Assembly (NCBI GenBank): GCA_028534125.1
Contig: CM052816.1
Span: forward strand, 48,486,001-48,550,000
Direction of reading: 5' to 3'
DNA length: 64,000 nucleotides
Origin: Lama glama
Taxonomy: Eukaryota
A program made the translations under genes and the position numbers. This document shows positions 13,357 to 26,900 of the stretch, one piece after another (the first letter of the stretch is position 1; the number at the start of each line of letters is the position of its first letter). A model generated the notes under the pieces. The model saw nothing but the letters and a program-made list of their open reading frames with translations, ran no database searches and was not told the DNA's origin.

Positions 13357-13502
13357 GAATTCCACTTTTGCAAAAAGGTAAACATTCTAGAGATCAGTTA
13401 CACAACAATGTAAACATACATAACAGTACTGAACTGTACACTTAATGGTTAAGATGATAAATTTAATTTTTGTGTTTTTTTATCACAACTTAAAAAAAAA
13501 AA
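13357..13502 (+). mobile_element. L1MB-like 3' end with poly(A)
   Basis: 'ttctagagatc..cacaacaatgtaaa..tactgaactgtacacttaatggttaagatg..tatcacaac' followed by an A run. Confidence 0.75.
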
Positions 13503-14056
13503 CTCTGTTGATGGGTGAATGGATAAAGAAAATCAGATACACACCAGAACACACAACTTAGAATATTATTTAACCATAAAGGGGAAGGAAATCCTGTCAT
13601 TTGTGACAGCATGGATGAACCTGGAGAGCATTATGTCAAGTGAAATAAGTCAGATAGTGAAAGAAATACCCCATGTTATCCCTTATATTTGGAACTTAAA
13701 AATAAAAAGACAAATTTATAGAAACAGTAGCAAAGTTGCCAGGGGCTAAAGGGTGGGGGAAATGAGGAGAGATTAGTAAAGGGTCCAAACTTTTAGTTAT
13801 AAGATGAATAAGGTTTGAGGATCTAATGTATAACTACCTGATGACTATAGTTGGTAACTGTGTATTGTATAATCGAAATCTGCTTGGAGTTAAACATGTT
13901 CTTGTGACACAGAGTATATATGTGTGGTGATTGATGTATTAATTTAACTTTAGGGGGAACTCTTTTCACAATGTATACATATGTTAAAACATCACATTGT
14001 ATACTTTAAATATCTTACAAAATTATTTGTAATTTATACCTCAGAAAATCTGAAGA
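13503..14056 (+). mobile_element. L1MA-like 3' end (end of ORF2 + 3' UTR)
   Basis: 'gaatggataaagaaaat..gaaatcctgtcatttgtgacagcatggatgaacctggag..ataagatgaataag..gaggatctaatgtat..tatacctcagaaa'. ORF 13519 is translated L1 sequence. Confidence 0.85.
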
Positions 14057-15426
14057 AAAAGTTTTGAGGATGTGAACAATTTTGTGTATATTACTGCCTT
14101 CTCCCTCTAGCAGCAGTTAAGGCTCTAAGTGCCGCAAAACATTGTAGGTCCACCTCCTGTTTCTTAAATCTGTGCACATGAAGCAAGAGTTTTATGGGGA
14201 AGATTGGTAGACATGGAAAACTAGCTCTGTGTTTGTTTATGATTCCAGCAGTATACAATCTGCACATCAGATTACTTTGCCACCAAAAAATCTTTCCTGC
14301 TCTCTTTTAAGCCCAGCAGAATACCTCTGCCTATGGCAGTGCCAATATCTGTCCACACAGGCACATTGTTGCCATATTCCTCTAGAACAGAAATGATTTG
14401 CCAATAATTACTCACCTAGCAAGGTTTGTTTCTTTTCCAGAATTTAATTTCTGTAGACCTCTTTGGGTCTATAGTTCTCTGATTTAAAATTAATTTATTT
14501 TAGTTCATTCATTTTCTTCTAGCTAGCATGCTGGAAAAGTTAATCAGTTATAACCCCCTACATGCAAATCAAAACACTATTCAATATTCAAGTTAAACAT
14601 AAACTTCTAATATTAATCAACTGAAAAAACGTTCTGAAATATTTTATGCCTATTTCTCTCAACATAACCCTTCTTTCTTTGATCTTTTAAGTGAAAATAT
14701 TGTACTGTAGTAGCCAGCATATTTGTGAAAATTAAGAATTTTTGTAAAGAAATATTTAGTTTGCCTTTGGCTTTAGGCAATTTAGTGGGCATTATATTAT
14801 TGCATATATGTGTATGAATATATGTTTGTGTTTGTAATATATTATTATAAGTAGATTGCTTTTCAAGCAAATCTGATAAAACAGCTAATCATATATATGT
14901 ATATATACACATATGTGATTAATATAAGAATATTTAATACAACATTTTAAATGTTATATTTACATTTAAAAGAAACACTGAGACAGTAAAGTATATACAG
15001 ACATATATGTAAAAAAATAAATAAATACATTTATGTTTTTCTACTTTTGTATTCAGTTTCTCAAATTTGTGGCCCTAATGTTTTAACTTATCTGGTCAAA
15101 GTGGAGTTATTTTTCACACCACTCTGTCAGGTCCTGAACTATGCCTCAGATTCTTCTTCAAGAGTGACAGGGAGGCAGGTGTGGTTGGGGAAGCTTGAGT
15201 GAGTCACTGCTCTTCCACTTTGTTTCAGCTCTACTTTAACCTCCCTCATATGATAGGCTATTTTGAAAACCCTATTTTAAAAGTCAATTCAGTTTGTAAT
15301 ATAATTCTGTAATAGCTGATGTTTTTGGATTTCCTGTGTGGGTGGAAATTGCAATGACATCTGTGCACAGATGCATGTCAGCATACAAGTCCTGGTATGG
15401 TGTTCACTGTCTGTTTTCTTGTTCCC

Positions 15427-15881
15427 TGTATTAGTCTGCTGGGCTTGCATAACAAAACACCACAAACTGGGTAGCTTAAACAGCAGATATGTATTGTCTT
15501 AGAGTTCTGGAGACTAGAATTCCTAGAATAAGGTGTTGACAGGGTGGATTCCTTCTGAAACTGTAAGGAAGACATGTTTCATGTTTATCACCTAGCTAGC
15601 TTGCTGACAAAATCTTTGACATTTATTCTCTTAGAGAGGCATCACCCTAATCTCTGTCTTCATCATCACATGGCATTCTTCCTGTATATATGTGTGTATG
15701 TGTCCAAGTTTCCCTTTTTTATAAGGATAACAGTCATATCTTATTAGGGTCCCACCCTACTCCAGTATGACTTCATCTTAACTAGTTACATCTATAACTC
15801 TTATGTGTTCATGTTCTGATGTACTGGGAGGTTAGGACTTCAGTAAATGAATTGGAGAAGGACACAGTTTAACCAATAACA
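15427..15881 (-). mobile_element. MLT1A/B/C-type MaLR solo LTR
   Basis: Starts 'tgtattagtctgctgggcttgcataacaaaacaccacaaactgggtagcttaaac', ends 'gacacagtttaaccaataaca'; TG..CA termini. Confidence 0.85.
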
Positions 15882-16139
15882 CTCCTCAGGGTTTCAAGGA
15901 CTCTTTTTTTTTTTTAACTCTATCTGAGTTGATCCATAGGCTTTTACATTTCCTCAAATGAATATGCTTGAGAAGAAAGAGGTTCAGGATCAGTAGGTCC
16001 AGGTTCAAGCACTTTTATTGTGTATTAAAATTGCCCTTTAAGGTTGTAAGTTCAAACATTTGATCTTATTGATAAATATTCTAAAAGTGAGAAAGTTGTG
16101 ACCCTTATATCTCAAACTGTTAAAATACAATCATTCAAA

Positions 16140-16385
16140 ATCAAATCAAACAAACACAAACATATAGATACAGAGAACAGAATAGTGCTTACCAGAGTGA
16201 GACAGGTGGTAGGAGAGAGAGATGGGTAAAGAGGATCAACTGTATGGTGACGATGGAAACCAAATTTTGGGGGTTGAGCAAGCTCTAGAGTTGAAATATA
16301 ATGTTCTACCCCTGAGAATTAATATGATGTTATAAACAACATTACCTTAATAATAATTTTTAAATAAATAAGTAATGAAAGAAAA
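16140..16385 (+). mobile_element. Laurasiatherian L1 3' UTR fragment
   Basis: 'atagatacagagaacaga..ggatcaactgtatggtgacgatggaaac..atgttataaacaacattacct' plus an A-rich tail; same type as the 41.9-42.1 kb L1 end. Confidence 0.75.
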
Positions 16386-17361
16386 AATATTCAGCAGTTC
16401 AACATTCCAAAACAAATACTCTGATTCCCAATTCCCTCTCTAAACCTTGTTTGAAAACCAGTGTTTCCTAAATTTATCTGACCCTGGAATTCTTTTTAGG
16501 TCATTCACATCAACTCCCTTTTTCTCTCCTCTCTATGCCTATTGTAGAAGAGAAAAATGAAACACAAATGTCACACTCTTGTATTCCAAAAATTGTTCTG
16601 TGTTATATTCATCCTGAGCTATGTTCCATAATACAAAATCATTCTGGGTTCAAGTATGTTGGCAAAATGCACACAAATAATCCTCCCTTTTGGAGATTTA
16701 CAAAATACCTTAAAATCTCAGAGTCTGAAACATCTCGCAGTGCAGAAACTATCTTACCTTATTTACACCAATTTTCCTAAATTTCTCTGAACCCTTTTTC
16801 AGGGACATGTTAACCTCGTGGAGGGGACTTGTCTTAAGAATGTTTGTCTTAGTACATTTTTCCTAAATGCTATCAGCTACTTACAGAATAATTACAAGAA
16901 CCAGTGCTCACTGCACTAAAACTGGTCTTATCTGCAATACAGAGTAGAATAACAAATCTAGGTGAAAATATTATTAGTTTGTCATTTTGTTCAATTTAAA
17001 CTATCATTGCAAACAATTTTTGAAGACATGATCCATGCACTTATGTATAATTATAGTCACTTACTCTGCCTATCTTAAAATTACTCCCCTCATTCTCAAA
17101 GAAAATAAAATTATATGAATATTAAAAATCAGTTTAACAATAGATTAATTGCTAGCCTTCTGTTCTCGGAGTCCCAGTTTTAAAGACTGAATCTCACAAT
17201 GTTGCATAGTATAGACCACTGAAGACTGAACTTGGGCATTCTGGAGTGATCAAGAACAACTTTATTATTTAAAGGAAAGGGTAACAAAACTTTTAATAGT
17301 CACAGATGTTTTATTATTATTAGCTGATTCGTGAAAGTCTTGAAGGTTTCTTATAAGCAAG

Positions 17362-17763
17362 TGCTATGGAGTAAATTTTTATATTCTCTCAAAATTCGTA
17401 TGTTGAAGGCCTAACTTCCCATGTGATAGCATTTGAAGTTAGTGTCTTTTTGGAGGAAATTAGGGTTAGACGAGGTCATGAAGATGAGGCCATGGTCTGA
17501 TGAGATCAGACTCTTATAAGAAGAGACATCAGAGAGCTTGCCTGTTTCCCCACTCCACTCATGCATGAAGAAGTCATCCGAGCACAAAGCAAGATGGCAG
17601 CTGCCTACAAGCCAAGAGAACCAGTTGAATAGAATCTGCCATTCCAGCACCTTGACCTTGGGCTTTCCAGCCTCCTGAACTGTGGGAAATACATTTCTGT
17701 TGTTTAAACCACAATTTAGTTGTTTATGGTATTTTGTTACGGCAGATATAGAAGACTAAGATA
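17362..17763 (+). mobile_element. MLT1A-type MaLR solo LTR
   Basis: 'tgctatgga..aaaattcgtatgttgaag..cagcaccttgaccttgggctttccagcctcctgaactgtgggaaatacatttctgttgtttaa..tatggtattttgtta..gactaagata'. Confidence 0.85.
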
Positions 17764-19274
17764 GCGATTTATATTAAGTTTACTTTTTCTCTGCATTTTT
17801 CATGTATAATCTAAATAGCACAGCCAGGTAAAAACTAACATGTACATGAAAACCAATCTCCTTTTTTACACTTACCACTTTAAGAATATTGCATGGTTTT
17901 AAAAGGAAGTGTTTAATATGAAACATGTCTTATAAGACCGACTTTCTTTAATACTTTGTAACTTAATCCATTCCTAGTATACATTCTGTTTTGCTGAGAA
18001 ATTATCATAAGACAGTTTCCATATATCCCTACCATTATGTCCACCCACATATCTGCAGTCTACACTTCTAAGGTAAACACCTCTCCTTCCTGCTAGGTAG
18101 AGCAAACCTCCCTATTATGCACTTGCAGATCACATGTAACATTGTCTGCTTAAGTGTATTGTTTGGGCAATTGTTCTTAAATTGACTAACATTATCGATT
18201 CTTTTTCTGCTGATTCATTCTCATCAGCATGTAAGATAGTTTAATAATTTCCATTTCATAGAAACAAAGCCATCTCTTAACTTCTTTCCCCTCTAGTCCA
18301 ATTCTAATGATTCTGTCTCTTTATACAAAATTTCCTACATTCTTTTTCATCAATTCTTCTCCATCTATTTTGTTTTGAGCTTACTTCAGTCAATAACTGT
18401 ATTATTTTACCAAAACAGCACCTGTCTAGATCAACAATGACTTCTATACTGATAAATCCTATGATTAGTTCTTGGTCAAATCATCATTTGGCCCTTCTTT
18501 GAAACTTATTTTTTCTTACTTTTTTTCCCTTCTCTTAAGTTTTTGTACATATGTTATTTTGGTGACCTTTTTTATGATATTAATGTTTTCTTTGATGGTT
18601 GTATTCAACTCCCAAAGTTTTAAACATTAAAATGATCATAGTCTTCGATACTTGTTTGCTCATATTAACCATGATCCAAGAGTAACATAAACTAATTAAA
18701 GGCAGAGATCATATTTTTCTCCTTTTTAACCCTGGACCTTGCACTGTGAATCAAGTGAATAATCTCTCCCACGGCTTTTCATTAGTAACAAGTGACTTTC
18801 TCTGATTCTCCATATGAGAGAAATAATCTTAATGCATTGATTGCAATGGCAGAAGACCAATTATTTTGGATTCAGTTTTCTAATATATAATGTCTTAGAA
18901 TATAAGTAATTTTAACCACAAATATGGAATGTAGCTCATCTCTTTAAGTTCATTTATCTCTTACCTAGAGGGTTACCATTGTGAGAATCTTATCTTTGCA
19001 CAGAGGACAAAAATATTCCACCACCCATAAAATATGTCATCACTGGAAGTTAATCATGCTTGCATATTGGTTTTATAATGTTGGCGCTTTGTTAAATGGA
19101 TTCACCAAATAGTAGATTGTAGGTATTAGGGCAGGTATTCCTTTTAGTCTCAAACATTCTTCACATTCCATAAAATAAAATTATTGTATGACTCCAGTAT
19201 TCACTAAGCAAAAATATAAATATCATCAATATTATTTGATATAAATTTATAAATTATTATTATTCAGCTGGGTA

Positions 19275-19670
19275 GGATAAGCTTTGCTAATGGTCACCAA
19301 TATTTTGAGTTCTACTCCTTTCTGGAAACATGGGATGAAAACACCCTTGCTGAGTTCAGCTTTGGGTATGTCCACATTACTTCCATTAACCAAAAACACA
19401 TGAATAGAAAAAATGTGTGTAACCTTTGTTTAGGAGCATTCAAGGGTGAGGAGATGATTCTTTCCATGTTTAAGCATACCTTAGAGCCTCCTTCTGAGAT
19501 GGTGGCTCCTCATCACAGTGAACCTCTGTCAACCTAAGCCTCTGAGTATCTACTATAAGCTAGTTGATCTATCAGCCCACATTGCATCTGCTAGATGAGA
19601 AAGAACAATAGGAGTTTGTTGTATTAGTTTCCTTAAATTGGGCCTTAGCACATCTGGTTAGCTAACACAT
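19275..19670 (+). mobile_element. Old MLT1 (I/J-like) LTR
   Basis: 'ggtcaccaatatt..ttctactcctttctgg..atgaatagaa..tgtgtgtaacct..agctaacaca'; diverged. Confidence 0.5.
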
Positions 19671-20169
19671 GTAATATTTAAAGTGACAGATTTAAATTTA
19701 ATGAGATCACCTAGAGATTAGTGAATATAAAAATAGATGAGGTCTAAGTAGTGAATTCTGAGACATTCCACTTTAGGAAGATATGGGATAAGTTGATGTG
19801 GAACAGACTAGCAGCCATTTGAGCAAAATGCACCTAGAAAATCAATATATAGTGATACATTATAGATCAATTCTCCTTTGCCTGTTTTGGTTTATAAAAG
19901 GGATTCTTTGCAAAATCTTAATAATTGTTATTAAAATCTTAATCTTTCCCAACCTTTCCTAACAGAAATATTAAAAATAAATCATTGAGTTTAACAAAAG
20001 GTCAGTACCAAAATTAGGCAATCTTTTGTTCTCCATATGTAAATAGATTGGTAATATGAATTTTCAACAAGTCTGATATAACAGTACTACTATTACTAGA
20101 AAGTTGATGTTGAAGATGCAGTTGACAAAAAATAAGATAGTAAATCAGTATGAAAATAGTCAGCATAAT

Positions 20170-20410
20170 TTATAGTTTAAATTGGAGCCAGCATACATGG
20201 GTTTGTATTCCAGCTCTGCCTTTATTAGCTATGTAACTTGGGCATTTTTTTTTTAAATTTCTGTGTCTTTTTTTCTTGATGTAAAAATGTAAAATGAGGC
20301 TAAAAAACAGTATCAATCTAATAGAGTTACCTGAGGACTAAAAAACTTATATAGTTAAAGTACTTGGAGAAATTCACTCAGTATGTGCAATTTGATTCTA
20401 GCTGTTACTT
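20170..20410 (+). mobile_element. MIR SINE
   Basis: MIR core 'tggagccag..tgggtttgtattccagctctgcc..ttattagctatgtaacttgggca..tgtaaaatgagg'. Confidence 0.75.
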
Positions 20411-22716
20411 TAAAATTATTAGGCATTGGCACAAATTCTTCTAAAAATCTAAAATTCTAACAAAATCCATTTCACTTCTTCCTCCATGTCTATATCCATA
20501 TAGACCAATATATAAAATAGACACACACACAAATATGTTTTAAAATAAATGCCAAAGTGTGTTAGGAATGTGTGTATATTACAAAGTTCCAATATGTAAT
20601 ATAGTTTTGTAATTATAGTAAGTTTCATCTTCCTTCAGTTACACTAAAATGCTTGTTTTATTAATTAGCCTTGTATTTTGCTTAATGAAATGAAAAATTA
20701 CATTGTTTTATACATATTAAGTATGTCTAGACTGCTTAAAATAAATATAATTTTAAAATAATAATAGCACATTTTGGTTTCAATTTTCATCTTGATTCCC
20801 TGGCTCCCTAAGGTGAAATATGTTAAAATGTTTTTTTTTAAGTATCTATTATTGCAATGAATTTGGACATTTATGAACATAAGCCATATATTCTAAAATT
20901 TTCAAATGTTCTGGAATTATAGACAATTGATATTATCAAGGTCCTTGACAGTGGTTAGAGCAAGATATTTTCTAAACAAAATACTTAGCTAAGCAAAAAG
21001 TTAATCAAACCACAATTTGTTTAAAATTGTATAATGTGATGGCTGTTCAGGGGACTATTTGGCCATGATGATGGCAAGCATTTCTTCAAAATATGTAAAT
21101 AATACCTATTTTGTACAAATTGATAATTTATTCAGAAAATAAACAGAGCATACAAATTATTGTTTCATAAAGAGTCTATATTTCCCCAAATGTTATGCAA
21201 TAATGTTCAAAGTAATTATGTTAGTCTAATTATTTTTTCAGTTTTCCAATTTTTACCATAATTATATTTGAATGATACTTTTCAGAAATGCATCATTCCA
21301 TTATAATCTATGCTTAATAGACTCTTGAGACTATATTCTTCACAGTATCTAAATCATATCTGGGAAGGAAATCAGGGATTTAGGAAAATAAGTTACCACA
21401 TATATATCAGTATAATTTTATATGTCAGAGGTTGTTCTTCTGGCAAATGGACTGGAGTCAGGACTCAACCTTCATTCCAGTGCTTCTTATTTTTTTTTCT
21501 ATATATGACTATTTATTTTACCATCAGAGTAGGATACTATTTACATGAAAATTACTGGGGTTTTGAGTGTTGTAAATTAATCAAATTCTGTATCAATACC
21601 CCCTAATATGTGCTAGTGATGAGACTAGGCACAGTGATTTCCAACTATTAAAAAAGAAAAATTCTCCACCATTACTCACATTGGATAGATGTAAATACAT
21701 GTGGGAAAACATTAATCTGATAGTTTTGACAGTGATAAGTTTTCTAAAGGTGCCCAGACTTAGTGCCATGGGAGAGAATCTTTAGCCTGAGCAAAGATAG
21801 CTTTTGAACAAATGTAAAAGCTTAGGAGGGAGCACAGCCATGTCAGGTAATCCATGTTATGTGCAATACTTTAGAATTATATCCATGTGACCAGAGTGTG
21901 AAATAATGGCAGAGAGTTGTCACAGGTGAAACTGGAAAAGACTACACAGGCACAAGTTGGGTTATTGGGCTATACTTTATGAAGCTTAAAATTCACCTAC
22001 AGATAATAAGGTGCTGTTTATTATTTGCAGTTTAATTTATTTCATTGTATTTTTAAAAGCACATATTTAATAAAATTGTCTTTCTTGTAAAAATAAATAA
22101 TAAAAGACATATAGTCACATATACACAATATTAAGTGATTTATTTTCTTTTCCAAATACACAGAAATGTAATAATATAGATTATTCTTCATACCTTTAAA
22201 ATTGTCCATTCAAATATATACACAATGTTTTCCATAAGTTTAAATAAAAACATACTGTAGTGTGGGTGTGTCTGTGTGTATGTGTGAATGTGTGTGTGTT
22301 GCTCTGTAATGTGATATTTTGTTTAAAGCTTTTGAACAGATAGATTACATAACCATAATAAAGATTTAAAATACAAATAGTTTGTGGAAGATAGATTTGG
22401 TTTTAACAATTCTTGACAAATGTAAACTAGTTTGAAAATGCAGGTAAGAACTTCTGTTTCCCAGTGGGTTGGAACAGCTAAAGGAGGACTAGTGCTTACA
22501 GAAAAGCTAGAACATTTGCATAAAATTCAGGCATTTGAAGTTGGAAAGTTATGGAGGTAATGAGAACTCAGAGGATTAGGACACCAGAGAATGGAAAACA
22601 TCCAAGTGTTATCTGACTTTTTCAATTCCTTTTGCTTTCTGTGAATATGCCAATTCAAAATGCTGGCAGAAGGCTGAGACCTTGGAACTATAAAATCCAA
22701 GAAGAGCAGTTGCTAA

Positions 22717-23208
22717 TATTACCAAATCCAAGCTCATACTGCTTGCTGCACAACAAGCCAATAAATCGAGAGATGAGTTGTTGGGGCAAGGAATAGGGAC
22801 TTTATTCAGAAAACCAACAGATGTAGAAGATGGTGGACTACTGTCCCAAAGAACCATCTTACCGGAGTTAGAATTCAGGCTTCTTTTAGACTAAAAAGGA
22901 AGTATGGTTGGTTGTTGCAAACATTTTGGTGTCAGAATCCTTTGTTCTTACAGCTGTCCAGGTAGGTCAGGTTATGATGTTTCTGTAAACCTTCAACAAG
23001 AAAAATGTTTTCCTCTGTTCCTCAGATTTTTATCTCTGTATCACTGGAAAAGTTTTATATCTTTAAAGTCAGAACCTTGAGAATGGGCTATCTTGTATAT
23101 TTCAGGCTGTAGGAAACATTCTTGTTGAAAAAGCAGTAGAATACAAAGGTTAAAGTAAAAGAAACAGATCCAATATGGAGTCAGATTTGTTCTTCCTTAT
23201 TACATACA
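22717..23208 (-). mobile_element. ERV1 solo LTR, cetartiodactyl MER41-like, with 4-bp TSD CTAA
   Basis: CTAA (22713-16) tattaccaaatccaagctcatactgc...ccttattacataca CTAA (23209-12). Antisense poly(A) signal 'tttatt' at ~22801. Confidence 0.75.
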
Positions 23209-23329
23209 CTAAGGATAAAGAAACTAAGGAATTTCATTTGGATACTTGGGATCAAAGGTCATGGCCAGGTTTCCCTTTAATAATAATAGTTAGATTATTT
23301 TGTTGATGAGGTAGAGGAGTAAAAACCTA

Positions 23330-23990
23330 TGCAATTTCCATCTATGAAAGAGTAATTGCATGAGACTTGAACTTCCATAATAAACAACTAGAAAACTGGG
23401 CAAATATATAAAACCATTGCACTTAGTATTTGACAACAGGCAGTGCAGGACTATGGTCTCTGAAAGGAGAAAAATCAGTGAGGTGAGCCCTACTATCATG
23501 CTGTCTTTCTGCTTGGAGATAATTGACAGGCCATGGCAAAGGGAGGGGAACCAAAAAAGAGTCCAGTAATTCTGATGCGATGAAAAGATGTAAAGTTATT
23601 TTAAGGGGGATTGTGGCAACTAGAATTGGCTGAACAGAGGATGAAGAGAGAGATCTATGCAGGTAAAGAGCTCCAAAAATCTGCATAAGCATTCCTTATA
23701 ATGTTTGGCTGAATACCAAACTCAACATGCACTATGTCAAGCTCCAGGAAGTTAGGCAAAGAACAACTACCATGAAAGGACAATTAATAGGAAGCTGTAA
23801 GCTGGAAAACTCGCTGAACTACCCCAGGGGTGTGAAGCTTTCAAATGTACTACTCAGAGTAGAGAAAGACTGATGTATATGAGCGTATTGTAGTAGATAC
23901 TCCCAAAGGTCCCCATCATGTAATAGGGACTAAATTAGCCCTAGAGTAATGACCACTCTAGGTCCTTTTTTTTTTAAAAAAAAAAGCTCC
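23330..23990 (+). mobile_element. Old L1M (L1MC/MD-type) 5' UTR fragment
   Basis: 'taaacaactagaaaactgggcaaatatat..gacaacaggcagtgcaggact..gaggtgagccctac..agggactaaattagccctagagtaa'. Confidence 0.6.
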
Positions 23991-26900
23991 TATAGAGGTG
24001 AAATAGGAGTTTTTGTTACAATTATTACAGTATATTACTATGTACTGGTTGACATCATTAGGACATGGTTCTATAGTAATAGAGGCAAACATGCTAATAA
24101 GTATCTTTAAGTTAAGGTGGTTGGTCCCCTTAAGAACTTCTTATTTCTCTTTCTCTACTACATTCATATTTTGCCCATTTTCCATTTCTGTTTTTCTCCT
24201 TTTAATCTAAGAAAAAACAACCCTTTTTTAAGACCAAAAATCCTTTCCCTTAAAAAACATTCACCACAGTAATATCTTTGTGCTTTTTTATAAGCTGCTC
24301 TATTATTTTCAGAATCATAGGTATCAATTATATCAGGGGTAGCAACAGCTGGTGATCTTACTGCTATTGTCTCTATTTTTACTATCATGGGTCCTCTGAC
24401 CCTGTTTTTCTCATCTCTAATTATGCAGAACTTTTGATGAATAATAAATAACAGACTGATGAATATATCAGAAGAGGTTAAAGTTTGGGTGGTAGTAAGC
24501 AGTATTACTCCCACATTAGTTCATTTTCTCTTGAAATGAAATGCAGAGTGCACAATAAATGCAACTGAAATTATAGTTCTGTTATCTCTTGAATCTAGTG
24601 TAACAAATTTGATTTTTGAAAGGTTAGAAAAAATATGTCAGTGTGATTTGATCATTTTAAAGATCAAAAACATTATCTTTTTAGTTACTTTTCATAGCAG
24701 CAAATAAATAGTGATTCCTTATTACTTAAATTTTGCAAATCAGTTATTTTTTTGGAGAAAAAGTGAAGTAGTGGGAATTGATTTTAAAAGTATACATACA
24801 ACATATTAAAGTTTTCTCATTCATCTGCTTATAAATAGAATTTAAAGTTGTGCTGGTTATAAATCAAGAAGCTTTGAATAATAAAGTAGCATACAACACA
24901 GTATTTTTTTTTTTTGGTAATTCTAAGTTAGTGACTTGACCAATTACCTCTACTATTTCTGTTTCTTTCAATGTTACCTGTAATGAAAATCCATTCAGTT
25001 TGTGATCTTCTCTCAAGGAAATCATATTTTATTTGGAAAGTTAAGTATATTTTTAGTCCACACAGAAACCACAATCCTTGAAGAAAAATATGCTGTGGTA
25101 TTCTGTTTTACTTGAGGAAACCAAATACTGCAGAAAAAAACTCAGAATAGGAAATACATCATCTCAAATCCCCATCAAATACTAATTGTTTCATACTGAG
25201 CAAATTAAATGCAGGTGATAGTCTTAATTATCATTATAAAAATTAAAAGTAATCTAAGTTAAGGATCTAAGTTATAGTGGACACTTTAGAAGTGTGCATT
25301 ACATTTTTAATTGTCATTTTGCAAATGTGGAAATAATTATTTTGCAATTATAATTCAATAAACCATACCTTCTATAAACTTTAATCACTTTCAAAACTAT
25401 GTATAAAATATAGATAAGTATATGAATATATAAAGATATATATTAAAGTATAAAGAATAGATAAAGCTAAACACTCATATAGCAAGAATACATATACTCA
25501 AATATATGCACATATACATTTCCTATTGAAAATAGGAAGCCACATGCCATTGTCTTCTGTCAGACAGTGCTTGGTTTAAAATACACCTCATCTACCTCCA
25601 ATAGGCAATTTAGGGAAAAAGAATTGAGCACTTTATCTATTTAGATGATGACAGTAATATTTATAACCTGCCACAATAATTTATCTGCCGTCTACTTTTC
25701 ACATACTTACAACTACTCCTATAACTTTTCCTAAAATAATCTCAGAATTCATTCTATCCAAGTTCTAGTTTTAATGTTACTTTTAGCCTTCTCAAATAAA
25801 CTTTTTCTTCGTAGTACCTAGATGTCAGAAAAGTACAAATAACTGACCAAGAAATGGAAGAACTCTTCATGAGTGACAAAGGAGGAGAAAAAAATTAAAT
25901 GGGTCAATTCACAAGTCTCTGTAGAAGGGAGACCATGAGAAGAACTGGGTAAAATCATTAATGCCTTTACTGAATATATGTATTTAAAATTATTTGTTGG
26001 AGACTGAGACTCCTTTCAGGTAAAGCATACATTTGCAAATATTTAAATGTGTTATTTAAGGCCACTGCAGCTATAGAGAATTGTTCTACTATTCGGGAGT
26101 ACCTGCCACATTTCTAGCTTCAAATTTCCCATGATCTAGAATTATGTTATTATTGTTACTGTGATTAATGCCTTTTTTCTTTTCTTCTGTATCACTATTG
26201 ATGTATCTTTCATTGAATACTTTATACTCTTTATTTTATAAAGTAGAAGAGGAGGATAAAGGAAAAACAAAAGGACAAACACTTTTCTAGCAACACATTT
26301 TCATTCCTTTCCTTTGTTGTCATTTATTTTATTCTGCCTTTTCAGATGCCTTTGCTTCTGATATTCTAAGTTAAAAATAAGTGGTCATTTTTACTCTAAT
26401 CAGATATAATAATGTGAACCCTAGATAATTGAATGATTACATCCTAATTAAACCATATGAGACACAATGTTAAATGCAAAATGAGCAGTAGAAACCATGT
26501 TGTAGATGTTAAAAGAGGAACGTGACCCTTGTTTCTTTTATATATCAATTCATAAATGGCAAAAAAGAAGTAATTTAGCTTAAATTTAGCTCTAATAGTA
26601 TCACAGCCTGATCCTCTTTTCTATGGTATTTTAGAATTGAGATTTGTTTCACCCTAGGCTATTCATTTTACTTGCACACTTTCAAAGAAAGATTTGCATT
26701 TTCTTGTCATAAAAAGGATTTTTACTGTTGACCTTTAATTAAGAAAACTATTTAATTTAAGAAGACATTTTTTCCTGAAGATTCTACCTGGGGTATATCA
26801 TTGGAGTGTAACTGAAAGAGTCATAAAACATTTGGTTTTTAGATTTTGCTAGTAGATTCCAATACCCTCTACCTCCACCTCAGCCAACCATCTCCCAGGA

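Larger units (their letters stand above)
12470..14520 (-). mobile_element. Old L1M 5'/ORF1-region fragment, interrupted by younger L1 3' ends at 13357-14056
   Basis: T-rich antisense L1 text ('ttctgttcagaagtca', 'tttgctattattttttccaaat', 'ctctgtgcatcagtttgaataattttt'). Confidence 0.55.

Noticed and set aside
24164..24514. 116-aa minus-strand ORF with a CxxC (YYCGECF) that looks protein-like
   Set aside because: GTG start, no recognisable family, no splice signals or retrocopy hallmarks (poly(A), TSD). A BLASTP/tBLASTn hit would be needed to revive it.
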